A DNA stretch of 64,000 nt from positions 37,200,001 through 37,264,000 of the forward strand of contig OZ336873.1 of assembly GCA_965287045.1 (NCBI GenBank). The letters run 5' to 3'. The position numbers were made by a program, and so were the translations under genes. This document shows positions 23,810 through 36,916 of the stretch, piece after piece; position 1 is the stretch's first letter; every line of letters starts with the position of its first letter. The notes under the pieces were generated by a model. It made no database searches and was not told the origin of the DNA. It worked only from the letters and a program-made list of their open reading frames with translations. The stretch comes from Carcharhinus amblyrhynchos (Eukaryota).

Positions 23810-26703
23810 TCAAAATGATTCAAAAAGGAAATGGGGAGAGTGCAAGTATGTTTCCCCCAGGGTGATAGATAGGAATAACAAGCCCAGAGAACCAGGGATG
23901 ACCAAAGATATTCAGCATACAATGAGAAGGAAAAGAAAGGCTTTTAAAAAGTACAAAGGGAACAAATCAGTGGAGGCATTAGTGAGGTATAGAAAGTTCA
24001 GGGTGGAACTTAAGGAAGCAATTAGGAATGCAAAGAGGGGATATGACAAAGCTCTGGATGGTAAAAACAGGGAAAAGCCCAAGATATTCTATGTATATCA
24101 ATGGGAAGAGGATAACCAGTGAAAGAGTAGAGCCCATTAGAAACCAAGGGGGGGGCAATCTGTGATGGAGCCAGAGAACATGAGTAGAGTGTTGAATGAA
24201 TACTTCACACCCATCTTCACCCAAGAGAATGAGACAATGGAGGATCTAGATAGGCTGGGCGAATGGGCCAGGAAATGGCAAATGGAATTTAATGTTGGCA
24301 AGTGTGAGGTGGTCCACTTTGGTAGGAAGAATGGTAGGAAGGACTATTACTTACGTGGCGAAAAACTGCAGCAGGCGACGGTGCAGAGGGACCTCGGGGT
24401 CCTTGTGCATGAGTCGCAAAAACCCAGCTTGCAGGTGCAGCAGGTGGTCAGGAAGGCAAATGGGATGCTGGCCTTCATAGCGAGGGGGATTGAATATAAA
24501 AGTAGGGAGGTCTTGCTGCAGCTGTATAGGGCATTGGTGAGGCCGCAGCTGGAGTACTGTGTGCAGTTTTGGGCGCCGCACCTGCGCAAGGATATTTTGG
24601 CCCTGGAGGGAGTGCAGAGGAGGTTTACTAGGCTGATACCGGAGTTGAGGGGATTGAGCTATGAGGAGAGGCTGAATAAACTTAGGCTTGTACTCGTTAG
24701 AGTTTAGAAGAATGAGGGGAGATCTCATTGAGACGTATAAGATGATGAATGGGATGGATAGGATAGAGGTGGAGAGACTCTTCCCGCTCAAAAAAGACAG
24801 TAGGACTAGGGGGCACAGCCTCAAGATAAAGGGGAGGCGGTTTAGAACGGAGTTGAGGAGGAACTTCTTCACTCAAAGGGTGGTGAATCTCTGGAATTCT
24901 CTGCCCGTTGAAGTGGTGGAGGCTGCCTCGCTAAATATTTTTAAGAAGCGGGTTGATGGGTTCTTGATAAGAGAGGGGATTAAGGGTTATGGGGAGAGGG
25001 CGGGAAAGTGGAACTGAGCTACAACAGATCAGCCATGATCTTATTGAATGGCGGGGCAGGCTCGAAGGGCTAGATGGCCTACTCCTGCTCCTATTTCTTA
25101 TGTTCTTATGTTCTTATGAATTCAAGGAGAGAGACTGTGAGGTTCTTGAGCAAATTGACACAGGGAAGGACAAGGTATTGGAGGTGTTGGCAGTCTTAAA
25201 AGTGGATAAATCACCAGGTCCAGATGAATTGTGCCCTTGGCTGCTGTGAGAGGTGAGGGAGGAGACTGCAGGAGATCTGACCCAAGTTTTTAATTCCTCT
25301 CTGACCATGGCAGTGGTGCCAGAGAATTGGAGAACAGCTAATGTGGTTCCACTATTTGAGAAGGGTTGCAGAGATAAATCAGGGAACTACAGACCAGTGA
25401 GTCTCATGTCAATGGTAGGGAAACTATTAGAGAAATTTCTGAAGGAGAGCATCTATCTCCAATTGGCGAGGCAAAGTTTGATCAGGGATAGTCAGCATGG
25501 CTTCATCAGAGGTTGGTCATGCTGAGCAAATTTTATTGAATTTTTTGAGGAGGTGACCAGGTGTATAGACAAGGGTAGGGCAGACATTGTAGTTTATATA
25601 GATTTCAGCAAAGTCTTTGACAAGGTCTCACATGGGAGACTTGTAAGGAAGGTAAATTCACATCGGGTACAGGGTAATTTGATAAAGTGGATTCAAAATT
25701 GGCTCAATTGTAGGAGACAAGAGGGTGATGAAAAAGGTTGCTTCAGACTGCAGGCCAGTGTCCAGTGGGGTACCACAGGGATCTGTGTTGGGTCCCCTGT
25801 TATTCGTCATTTATGACTATGTCGGGGGTAGAATTTGTAAGTATGTGGAAGACACAAAGATTGGACAGATGGTTAACAATGAAGTAGAGTAGAAGATATA
25901 GACGGAATGGTCAAATGGGCAGATAAGTGGTCGATGGAATTTAACCCTGAAAAGTGTGACATGATGCACTTTGGAAGAAGTAATTTAACAAGAAACTACT
26001 CAATGAATGGTAGGACATTAGGAAGTTCTGTGGAACAAAACTTGTTTATCCACAGATCCCTGAAAGCAGAAGGGCATGTTAGTAGCGTGGTCAAAAAGGC
26101 ATATAGGACCCTTGCCTTTATCAATCGAAGCACTGATTACAAAATCAGGGAAATCATGAGTACTGTGCACAGTTCTGGTCACCACATTATCGAAAGGATG
26201 TGATTGCACTGCAGGCAGTGCAGGGGAGATTTACCAGGATGCTGCCTGAGATGAAACATCTAAGTTATAAAGAGAGCTTGCATAGGCTTGAGTTGTTTTC
26301 GTTGGAGCAGAGAAGACTGAGCGGCAACCTGGTCAAGGTGTACAAGATTATGAGAGACATGGACGGAATGGATAAGGAGCAACTGTTCCCCTTAACTGAA
26401 GAGTCAGTCACAAGAGGAGATAGGTTCAAGATGAGGGCTGGAGGTTTAGGCAGAATGTGAGGAAAAGCTTTTTTACCCAGAGAGCAGTGACAGTCTGGAA
26501 TACGCTGCCTGGAAGAGTGGTGGAGGTGGGTTGCTTCACATTCTTTAAAAAATATCTGGATGAGCAATTGGCACATCATCACATTCAGGGCTATGGGGCA
26601 AGTGCTAGCAGATGAAATTAGGTGGGAGTTTGGATGTTTCTAACATGCCAATGCAGACTCGATGGGCCGAAGGGCCTCCTCTGTGCAGTATAATTCTATG
26701 ATT
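23810..26703 (+). mobile_element. CR1 LINE (host), degraded, split by a younger CR1 insertion
   Basis: KVDKSPGPDEL, PENWRTANVVPLFEKGCRDKSGNYRPVSL, YIDFSKVFDKVSH, WSMEFNPEKC. The 3' UTR ends in attctatgatt. Confidence 0.92.
24233..25118 (+). mobile_element. Young 5'-truncated CR1 nested in the host CR1
   Basis: Near-intact ORF2 C-terminus (DLDRLGEWARKWQMEFNVGKCEVVHFG...GYGERAGKWN*) with one frameshift near 24685. CpG-rich, with a (TTCTTATG)3 tail. Confidence 0.92.
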
Positions 26704-27460
26704 TACAGTAGAAGCCAAGATTTTCTGGCAAATGAAAAGCAGGGGAAAACAATCCACTAAAATATGGCAAAATGTTATTTCTAAACATTGTTGATTAATC
26801 TAAATGTTACTGCCAGTGTGTTAGAGCAGCATTTTAGTGCTGTGAATAAAATGCCCGCAATCTTTTTACCACTTTGAAGAGTAAAATTTTCATGATGTCT
26901 TCCTCATTGATTTCCAGTTGCAATGATTGTTTGACAACTATCAAATCCAAAATACAAATTACAGAAGATTATTTTAAATGCTTATTATTCAGGTCCTGTC
27001 CAATTCAAACAATCTGATACTGATTTAACTATAGACCAATAGTTTTGACCCAGGTGGAGAAGAAAAGGTGATACATCTTGGAGGCTGGTAGTGCCTGACC
27101 AATTAATATGCAAAGCAACGTGTGGGTGTCAAAGATGCAGGACTGTGTTGGCACTACAGGGTACAAATAAGTAGTGAATTTGAGACTCTTTTTTCTGCTT
27201 GCATAATGAAAGAATAATCTTTATAGTTCTTGCAGTGTTACTTATTGGCTCAGTAAGGTGCTGGATAGAATGAAGGAAGAAATAACATTGGCATGGTGTT
27301 TATCAGAGAGAATAGTATTATCGTACTCAAAGCATTAGAACAAGGACAGTGAAGAGAATTCTAGTCAGAAGTATGGAAAGAACATTGTGAAGTCAACACA
27401 CATACCTGAGTTAGAGAAATTTTACCACTTTGGGTGGCCTTAAGATCAAATACGGACAGA

Positions 27461-27596
27461 GGCAGGAATTCTCCAGTTTCGCACATCCTATTGCCATTAC
27501 CAGCAAGAACGAAGAATTTGGCTCACAGCCAAATCTCTCTTCACTACAATGGGACTGGAAAATTCCAGCTGCAGGCGAGGTCGGAGAATTCTGGCC
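27461..27596. mobile_element. Short MITE-like element
   Basis: TIR ggcaggaattctcc...ggagaattctggcc; related to 21068-21189. Confidence 0.6.
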
Positions 27597-27635
27597 AACG
27601 AAAGAGAGAAAAAGCAAAGCCGCCAACCCAGAAAG

Positions 27636-27818
27636 ATGACCAAAGCTCTTATGTCTGAGCTTGAGAAGTCACTGGGCAAGAAACAATCATTCAAACTGTT
27701 CCCCTTCATGAATCTTGCCCTGGATGAATCTGTCAAGATTGTAGCAAATAACATGGGCGTGGTGGTTATCAGAGAGAACAGAAACATCATGCCAGAAATG
27801 TTAGAAAGAATATACTGA
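27636..27818 (+). pseudogene. SNRPG: Processed retrocopy of small nuclear ribonucleoprotein G (Sm-G)
   Basis: MTKALMSELEKSLGKKQSFKL-FPFMNLALDESVKIVA-NNMGVVVIRENRNIMPEMLERIY aligns end to end with recalled Sm-G ([21 protein letters not shown]...DPFMNLVIDECVEM...[22 protein letters not shown]). It is intronless, with a short A-run near 27980. Confidence 0.85.
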
Positions 27819-29760
27819 AGGCAGCTGTAGTCCTGAAACATAGAAGGAACATTCTGAAGCCTAGAATGTTTGTCCTTTCGCAAGATGGCAATTGGTTCAT
27901 TTGTTAATCAAGTGCAACCTGCCATTTTTGTGAACATGTTATTATTTGTACTTTTGAGACCTAAATACACTTCTGCGTGAAAAAAGACTAATGGCACCCC
28001 CTACAAAACAACAGTATTGCTTAATAGTTTGCGACAATTTAAAAACTGAGTACACATGCCTTGAATTCACTATTTCATATAGCATGCTCTGAACATCTCC
28101 AGTAAGTTAGAACTATGGATAGTCTTTGCAGGTTTTTTATTCTCATTGAATAAGCAATTGTTCTACTTTAAAAATAAAATGGCGTTGGTCTGTCAAGTTC
28201 ATCAACTTCCACAGAGAAGAACATATAGAGTGCCATTATGTGAAGAAAACTGAGTGTGCGGCTTAGATCCTTGAGAACTATGTTTGTAATCTTAAACATC
28301 CTTGGCAGAGAGAGTCACTAAACAAAAAATAGGTCTTTCCCCATATAAGGCAAAAGTCATCCTAGGTCAAGTACCTGCATATTTCATCGTGGTCAGCTTC
28401 ATAATCGAAACATGGAAGTCTGGGAGCAGGCCACTCATCCACCCACTTTATTCTATTATGCTGAGATAAAGGAGAAAAATCAAGGAATGGGTTGTGGTAT
28501 TGTGGGGAATGGGGAATGATAAAACAGAAACAATAAGATTTGAGGCAAGATTTTCTGGCCATGCTTGCCCTAAGGCTGGAAATTCCCACCCAAGGTCAAA
28601 CTGGCAGGTGGGACAGGGAAATTCTGACCTTGGAGTCTTATCAAAAATGGTAAATAACTCTAGTGTTTCAACAATTGAATCAAACCTCCACAAGCACTCC
28701 AAACAAGCTGATGCACCCCAATTCCATCTCCCTAAAGGATATAAGAATAGAATGGACATCACAAACCTCAAATGTAGGAAGCTTTCTTTCTCCAAATGAA
28801 GAGAGTATAAGCTAAACCCAAAAAACAGATTGCAGAAGTTCACATTGCAAAACAAACATGTGGAAATCAGGATGGGTAATGTGGCTCCAAGACTTTGCAG
28901 ATTACAAAATTGGTTAACACATCTTTTTATATATCATCCATAACTACCACCATTCCCAATGCAGATTCAATGAAAGTTGCGATCCATTTATGAGCATAAT
29001 CAGTAAGTTATTTGATAAATCTTTCACGCAGATGTTTGCCAGATGTTTAGTGAGGAAATGTTGGCCTAAAGTCTGAGTGCTTATGCCTGAGGTGATAAGG
29101 TTAAAGGTATTTTTGCATTAATTTGCCAGTGATAAGATACACATATATGTCTGCAATTTAGTTTTACTGAAATTGTGCACTGACAACTTTATTATATCAG
29201 TCCTTTTATAAAGCAATGAAGTAAAAAAATTGCAAGCACAACAAATCATCCAAGATTTCTGCACCTGATAGCTAGCCAGTATTCCAGTTTGAAACTGTAA
29301 TATGTGCTTCAGAATAAATTTGGCCTTGGATCTAATGTCCTCATTGTCAAAAGACTCAACAATATTCAGTACTTGCAGTCACACATCAAAATACTGAGCA
29401 TGGCAGGGAAACATACAATAGCATCCAAGCATGAAGCTACACCTTCAGGCGACAAAGGCAAAAAGCTGTTGGGGTAAAAAACAGAAGGGTGACAACAGAG
29501 CAGAATACCATTAACATACAGTGACCTGGGGCCAGATTTTCACAGAGAAGGTGGCTAGATAGAGTCAGGAAACTCCCCGACTTGGCAATCTCCTCTCCTT
29601 CAAAACAGCCTCCCCGCACCATATTTTCATTTTGGAAAAGCAGAGACAGGGTGGGTTCAGGCCTCCTACTTCCAGCGGCGCAGGTGCATGGTCAGGCAGA
29701 CAGATTAGAGTACTCACCTCTATTTACCGGGACACTGACCTAGTGTTAAGAATGAACGTC

Positions 29761-30227
29761 AGCCTCCTCCTCCCTGTTGGCATAACCCCACACATTTACC
29801 TCACTAATTACCCCAACCAACACATCTTGAGACACTAAGGGGTAATTAAGCATGCCAATCCATCTAACCTACACATATTTGTGGCTGTGGAGTATACACT
29901 GAGGCATAGAAATGGCATTCATCCACCTCACCTATCCTCTATGTTCCCATACTTCCCATGTCACCTCCAAGTCCTTGACACACCAATGCCACTTCTATGC
30001 CCCCAGTGTATCCTCCATAGCCATAAAGATGTGCAGGTTAGATAAATTGACATGATAAATTGCCCCTTAGTGTCCTCAGATGTGTAGGTTGGGGAATTAG
30101 TGGGACAAATGCATGGGGTTTTGCAGATAGGGAGGAGAATGGGCCTAGATAGGATCATCTGTCCGAGAATCAGTGCAGACTCAATGAGATGTATGGCCTC
30201 CTTCTGCACTGAAGGGATTCTATGATT
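29761..30227. repeat. Inverted pair of HE1-like SINE 3' fragments (fold-back)
   Basis: 29761-29919 is the diverged reverse complement of 29985-30140. The right copy continues to a gattctatgatt tail. Confidence 0.7.
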
Positions 30228-30924
30228 CACCAAATATCCAGTATGGACAGACATCAGGGTAACTTTGAAGCAGTCATCAAAAGAAACTTCTAACAAACTA
30301 ACAGAGTTGTCATATTCAAAGACATTTCACACTGAAAAATTCTCATCCATAAAACCAATTCAAAATGTAAATCCACTCAAGTGGTCAATCTGTTGTAAAA
30401 ACAAACATTTAACCACTTATAACATCAAGGATAGACAGTCCTATAATTACCTCTTAAAACTATAAAAATGTGAAGACAGCCACCACCCCCCACCTGCCCC
30501 AAAATAAGCAGTTCTGGCCTTTTGAAACTCATCCAGGCGTTCACATCAATCAAAAAAACCCAAAAAATGCCAGCAAAGGAGTCATTTTCAAAGTAAACTG
30601 CCTGCAAATCAATGTAGTGTAAAATAAATTTTGAAAATAAAAAGCTGGTAGCAGTAAACATGCCGATGGAACTGTCAGATTATCATAAAATTCCAATTGG
30701 TTCACTTAACATCCTTCAGGAAAGGTGATCTCCCATCCTTATCCAGTCTAGCCTATAAACACTTCCAGTTTTACACCAATATTGACACTTAACTCCCCTC
30801 TGGAGTGTGTTGTGGTCACATCGTATATCTATACAGCTTACTGGAAGCTGAATACATTGGGTGGAATTGTACTGCCTGTCCACCACAGGAATCGTAGTGT
30901 GCAGGACCCAAATCATGCAAAGGT

Positions 30925-31295
30925 GACTTGATTTGATTTGATTATTGTCACATGTATTAGTTTACAGCGAAAAGTATTGTTTCTTGCACGCTATGCAGAT
31001 AAAGCATACCGTTCATAGAGAAGGAAATGAGAGAGTGCAGAAAGTAGTGTTACAGTCATAGCTAGGGTGTAGAGAAAGATCAACTTCATGCAAGGTAGGT
31101 CCATTCAAAAGTCTGTTGGCAGCAGGGCAGAAGCTGCTCTTCAGCCAGTTGGTGCGTGATCTCAGACTTTTGTATTGTTTTCCCGACGGAAAATGGTGGA
31201 AGAGAGAATGTCTGGGTTGCGCAAGGTCCTTACTGACTCTAGCTGCTTTGCCGAGGCAGCAGGAAATGTAGACAGAGACAATGGATGGGAGGCCA
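30925..31295 (-). mobile_element. Rex1/Babar-type LINE 3' end
   Basis: KQYKSLRSRTNWLKSSFCPAANRLLNG plus a tcaaa-repeat tail. Reverse complement of the 10800-11210 family. Confidence 0.8.
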
Positions 31296-31300
31296 ACCTT

Positions 31301-31349
31301 GGGCAGGATTTTCTGGTCTTGGGGTAAGTGCAGCTGGAAAATCCCGCCC
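31301..31349. mobile_element. Minimal 49-bp TIR element
   Basis: gggcaggattttc ... gaaaatcccgccc (12/13 inverted match). Confidence 0.6.
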
Positions 31350-32181
31350 ATTATCTTTAATTAAGCAGTCTGGATTATGGATACTGCACCTTGACACAGG
31401 GGACTAGTGACATATGTTTTGGTTTCTATACAGACAGGAATTAACGCTATGCCTCCACGTATGTCTGGAATGTCATTAAAATGTAAATGTCCTTCTCAAG
31501 TACCGATGACCACCTTTTCCATTTCAATAGAACATTAGGTTTGCTGGCCCCATGTAGATGGGATTTCAAATAAAGGCATTCAGGATGCTAATCATAGCTG
31601 GAATGTTGATGGGATATCAATCATTCCCGCATTTTGTGTCAATTATATCTGCTGTCAACTCATTGCGCTGACAATGGAATGTAGCAATACTATGGTCACG
31701 TGATCGAAACAGGCTGGAATGGACAATATCCTATTAGTCCACAAGGACTGGCCAGGGCAGGTCTGTCTGGAATACCCTGAAGGGAGGACTCTGCTTAAAA
31801 AGTTACCTTAGAATTGGGGTTTATGAGTTTTTACCAGTAAGATTAGTTAAATAGGATTAATTTTTCACTAAATGGGTTCAACCAACTTTGACTGGAAAGC
31901 CAGGAGTGCGCTGTTTTTGGAGTAAATTCGTGTGAACTCACCACCTGAAACTTCCAACCTTTTTTTCTCCAATGCATCCTTCAGGCCTGCAATGCTTCAA
32001 CTACCGCTTGATGAGTGATTATAAATAAGGCAATTAAATATATGCTACATCTTTAGAAATCATTTCCTTGTGTGTGTGAGAAGTGGGTGGTTGTTGCAAT
32101 TACATGTCATGTGTTGTGCAAAATAAACATTTATCCTTTTCTTTTATTTGAACTTACAAGAAAGTTTGCTTCATATCTGTT

Positions 32182-32370
32182 AGAATCATAGAAACCGTAC
32201 AGTGCAGAAAGAGGCCATTTGGCCCATCAAGTCTGCACCAACCACAATCCCACCCAGGCCCTATCCCCATATCCCTACATATTTACCCACTTGACCCTCT
32301 AACCTATGCATCCCGGGACACTAAGGGACAGTTTAGAATGGCCAATAAACCTGGCCCGCACATCTTTGAG
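32182..32370 (-). mobile_element. HE1-like SINE 3' half
   Basis: Reverse complement of the 3' half of 51323-51640. Confidence 0.8.
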
Positions 32371-35300
32371 TGTTCTTTAATGTCACAGCACTCAAAGGGT
32401 TAACATGCTCCATCTTAAACATATTTCTTATTATGAACAGTCAGGAGGTGAGAAAAAGGGGAAATTTTTACACATCTTTCCCTGTCCATATCAAGTAGCC
32501 TAGAAAGCCACTCAGTGGTATCAAAACTTTAAGAAGGCAACTTTCTTGGAAAAAGCTGGGGATCGGCAATAAATGTGGGCCTCATCAAAAACACAGACAA
32601 AACCTGAAAGATTTAAAGTGTAATTGCTAGAAATGACCATATTCTTGATTATTTTTAAGGCTTTAACCCATTCCTTATCAAAGTTATGGAATGGAAATGG
32701 CAAACACTGTGGAACTTCAGGGATTAAAAATACCATGTTTAAATATAACTACAAAGTCATAGAAAGATTAAATAACCAGAAACTTTACTTTCTCATGCAA
32801 AATTTCAGCAGTTCACTCAATTAATCTCATTAGAAAAATGAATGTATAACCAGAATTTTACCACTCCACCTGCCACAGGAATCAGAGCGGGTGAGGGGCA
32901 GACACTGGACAGTCCTGTCTCTTGATCTCAGGTGCGATTTTACAGTTTTGGGACAAATGAGGCCATAAAATCCCACCCACGATGCTTGCTTTTCCAGAAG
33001 TGCAACAACACAAAACATGCTTTCTCAAGTGGTTAAAGGAAGTCTGTGATACACCAATCTGGGGAACTTTTGGCCCATTCAGTATCTGAATCACTTCCAT
33101 TTTATCAACAAAAGTTTAGAAAACTTCTTTAGTGGTGATGTTTCCATTATTCCTATAGATTTTGCCAGATTGCTGCTAAAGCCTTTGTTCATTACTAAAA
33201 CATTGTGAATTATAGGCATCACAAAACTTCAGTATCAATACCCAAGGAAGATGATTTTCACACCTAAATGAAATCACACTGATTGTCATAAGTACTTGAA
33301 CCCATCACCTGATCATGCGAAAAGGACTCTGAACATCACAGAATTGAGTTAATCAGCTTTATCCAAAGAGTACAATGCTTAGAGGAACAAAACTAGACTT
33401 TTGCAATCCATTTAAATATGAAATTTATTTAACTTGTTTACTTCATAGAGATAACTGGCATTCAAAATGATAGAAAAGGGATTTGTGTTTGGAAACCTCA
33501 TTCTCTTAAACATTCCCTTTTATTATTGAATTATGGTTGACTGTACTGCTAAAGAATCTATGTGCACACAGGCAAAAGATATATTAAACAACGTCCTAGA
33601 GTTTTCAGAAAACAAAGACAAGCTGGCATTCTGGAATGTTTTCTTTTCCACAAAGCTATGGAGCACCATTGAATATTGAAGGCAAATGGAATGTGACTTT
33701 CGTTTCATGTCACTCCCACATTAGAAATGAGACTTTGGCTAGTGTGCTGTCAACTACACGAAAATAAATAATGCTGCTTGGGACCATTCAGTCGTGTTTC
33801 CTGTTGTGAAGTGGGACCAAGGAGAAGTAATTATTTAGAAAAATATTTTCTTAACAGTTTCTCATCCTGGTAAATAATCACTTCCCCTTGGTCTCCTGTA
33901 ACATCAGGGAACATTAGTGGGTGGTCCCCCATCATCTAGAGCACACATCTACTTTTCTGCTGCAGTGAGCAGACTAGCCGTAGCATTCCTGGTAAATTCT
34001 TCATTACTATAATGGCAATCACATTGATTTCCACCCTCCAATTCCTCTTGTAATAACTTTATGCTAACTATGATATCCTTCTTCGTATAATAGCTGGAAC
34101 AATTGTCTCCCATAATGATGGAAAATAATACAAACTGAATATTATAGCACATTTCCAAAGTCTCTGCCAAAAACCTTGAGTGAGGGCAAGAGATGGTAAA
34201 TTAAGCTGTTTTATTGATCCTTCAACACATCCAAGTGGCCATTCTTCACTTTAGTCAGGTGAATTTCAACCATCAAATAGCCTAGAAAGAATAGATTGCA
34301 GTTATATAGAGACTGAAAACATCTTGTCAAAGAACATCTTAGTCATTTTTCATTCATAGTTATGGCCAATCCCAAAAAGTTAATACATGCACGAGGTTGA
34401 CAGCAAACAGATAGCAAGTGGGCAGGACCACTTTCACAAGTGGTAACATTTACCATATGCGATAATGGCTATGAAGCCTTTGAACATGTTGCTGTCTCTG
34501 AATTGTCTGTCCAACTTTCCACCCAGCCACAGCGCAGAAACAGCTCTCAGTATTACATCCTACATGTTTGCTGTACATTTGGATTGCCCAGGCATGGCAA
34601 AGCACGCCATCCTCGTCCAATACCTTATGTACCAGTCATCCAGTTTGATGGGGTTGCCCTTGCCTTGAAGCATCCTTGCTGATCCAGTCACAGCCATAGA
34701 GTCTCTGCAGTGGTTTCTCTTCCCTACCCTGCACCATTACATATGGAGTTCCCCCAAAGATCTGTCTTTGATACCTCTGTATTTCTCATCTACATGCTGC
34801 CCCTCAGCAACATTATTCCAACCCAAATTCAATGATAAAAGGGAATGTTTAAGAAAATAAGATTTCCAAACACAAATCTCTTTTCTATTATTTTGAATGC
34901 TGGTTGTCCACATCAAATAAATAATTTAAATAAATATGTTTAAATGGATTGCAAAAGTTTGGTTTTCTTTATTTAAGCGTTGCACTCCTTGGATAAAACT
35001 GATTAATGCAGGGTTTCACATTCATGTTACCAAATTCTACCTCATCACCACCCCTCTCATCTGTTCCACTGCCTCAAGTTTGTTTGACTACCAGTTTTGG
35101 GTGAGCTGAAATGTTCTCCATTTAACTATTGGAACTGCAAACACCTTAGTCATCAGTCCTGACCATAACCTGTATTCCTATTTCATCCCCTTACCCATTT
35201 TGGTCTAAATCAGGATATCAAACCTGAACTCTTATTTATGTGCATGGCAGGACTCAAGGTGCCATCTATTTAGCAACCAAGCTATTGAGGAAATTAACCA

Positions 35301-35866
35301 CTCCCATTTCCTCTCCGATTGCATACTTCAGGAACGGCGAATGGTGATCTCAGAGTTACTGGGAGTGGGGGAGGTGGGCTGGTTCTCAAGCAGAGGATCC
35401 CTGAGCACTCCCCCTTTCTTCCAAGTATTAAGGCGAAGATAAATAAAAAGCAATTTTGCAAATTAAGACAAACTATAATAGAATCTCATCGGAAGAGTCA
35501 TATAGTATATGAGTAATTTGTAGAGAATGCAGTATTGCACCAAGTCATATTCTGAAGAATGCTGAGAATAGATGCTTAGGATGTGGACTGATTTCTTCAG
35601 TTCTGCACAATGTGTTTGGTACATGGAATGGAATATTCCTTAAATACTGTAAATAGTGACTGTCACAGTTTAATTTACATTTTAGAAATAAATACTGGCT
35701 TAACAATATTTTCTGCCCGAAATTCAAAGAAAATATCATGAATTATGTCATTTCATTGCTACACATTTCAGTGGACAACCTGTCTATCTGCACCTGAAAT
35801 TCCTGAAAACACAGTTCATTTGACACAGCTGCTATAAGTTGGGATGGTGTTGGTTCAGAACATGGC

Positions 35867-36062
35867 TGTTAAAGAAGTCTTCAAAGTCTTCTTATTGCAA
35901 ACACAAGACTTTATTAACAACTTGCAACAATACACACATAAGGTGCTATCTCCATCTTGGGTCTTAACTCATCTCTGGTCATGTGCCTTCTGATGTCACT
36001 GTGTGGGTGGTGCTGTGTTCAGTCTCACAATAAACTTGTAGAGAGCAGAACATTCTACTACA
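35867..36062 (-). mobile_element. Possible solo LTR
   Basis: About 195 bp bounded by TG...CA with an internal AATAAA on the minus strand. No clear target-site duplication. Confidence 0.35.
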
Positions 36063-36916
36063 ATTGAGTACTGCATAGAACTGAACTAGGCCCCTGGAGG
36101 TAATGAAAAGGTCACAGTTCCGGATTGGAGTAGAGTTGTGCAGATCTTTAAAAATGACAAATAGTGGTGGGACCTAGATGCCAAAGTCTTACCCCATCTC
36201 TGACAGATACAAATGTTGCTGGCAGGGGAAGGGGCCAGAGGCATTACTCACACAAGCGGGAAACACAAACTCAGCACCAACTTCAAATGACCCTTCTGAG
36301 TTCAAACAGTCCATCATTCTGGCTGCTAGAAGGGCCTTAACCCATGGTGTAGGAGAGACAAATTGACAGAGTAGATGTACACACTTGAAGGACGGATAAT
36401 GTCTATATAACTGTTGTGTTCTGAAGTCTTTAAATCCCTTGCTCTTTAAATATTAAATAAACAGGTTGAAACTGTCACTGAGAATTTTAAGAAAATCCTC
36501 TGTTGGACTATTTTGATTGACAAATTAGAAAAGAATTGTCTTCTGTTTGTGCAGGTTGGATACTGGCCTAACAGCTTCTGAAACAACTGGACGAGTCCCA
36601 AGGAATCAAGGTAGGCCTCCTAATCAACTCACCTAGCACTTGTCTGTCCCCATAGCTGTCTACGTTCTGCTTCTTGAGGTTGGCAAACTTGATTCCATCG
36701 TGAGCAAAAATTGTGCATTTCATAGCCTTTTTACCAAGGCAGGTCTGGTGAGTCAGGAAATTTCCTGACTCAAGCTTCCCGCCTCTGCAGTCAAAATTCA
36801 GCTCAGAGTGTCCATTGGTGGCCTTCAGCTTAAGAACCTATTTAAGAACTCTATGTAACTTTCCTTAGGGCACCTATATAGAATAACTTCCACTTTCAAT
36901 CAACTTCTTAGATTCT

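Noticed and set aside
24162-25017. 181-aa and 109-aa ORFs as host genes
   Set aside because: They are CR1 ORF2 fragments, and the first is a chimera across the nested insertion junction.
32521-32736. VCVFDEAH, resembling a DEAH helicase Walker B motif
   Set aside because: The DNA (ggcccacatttattgccgatcccc...gccttctt) resembles the antisense 3' end of the CR1-clade repeat seen elsewhere in the window. There is no Walker A, and a stop follows shortly.
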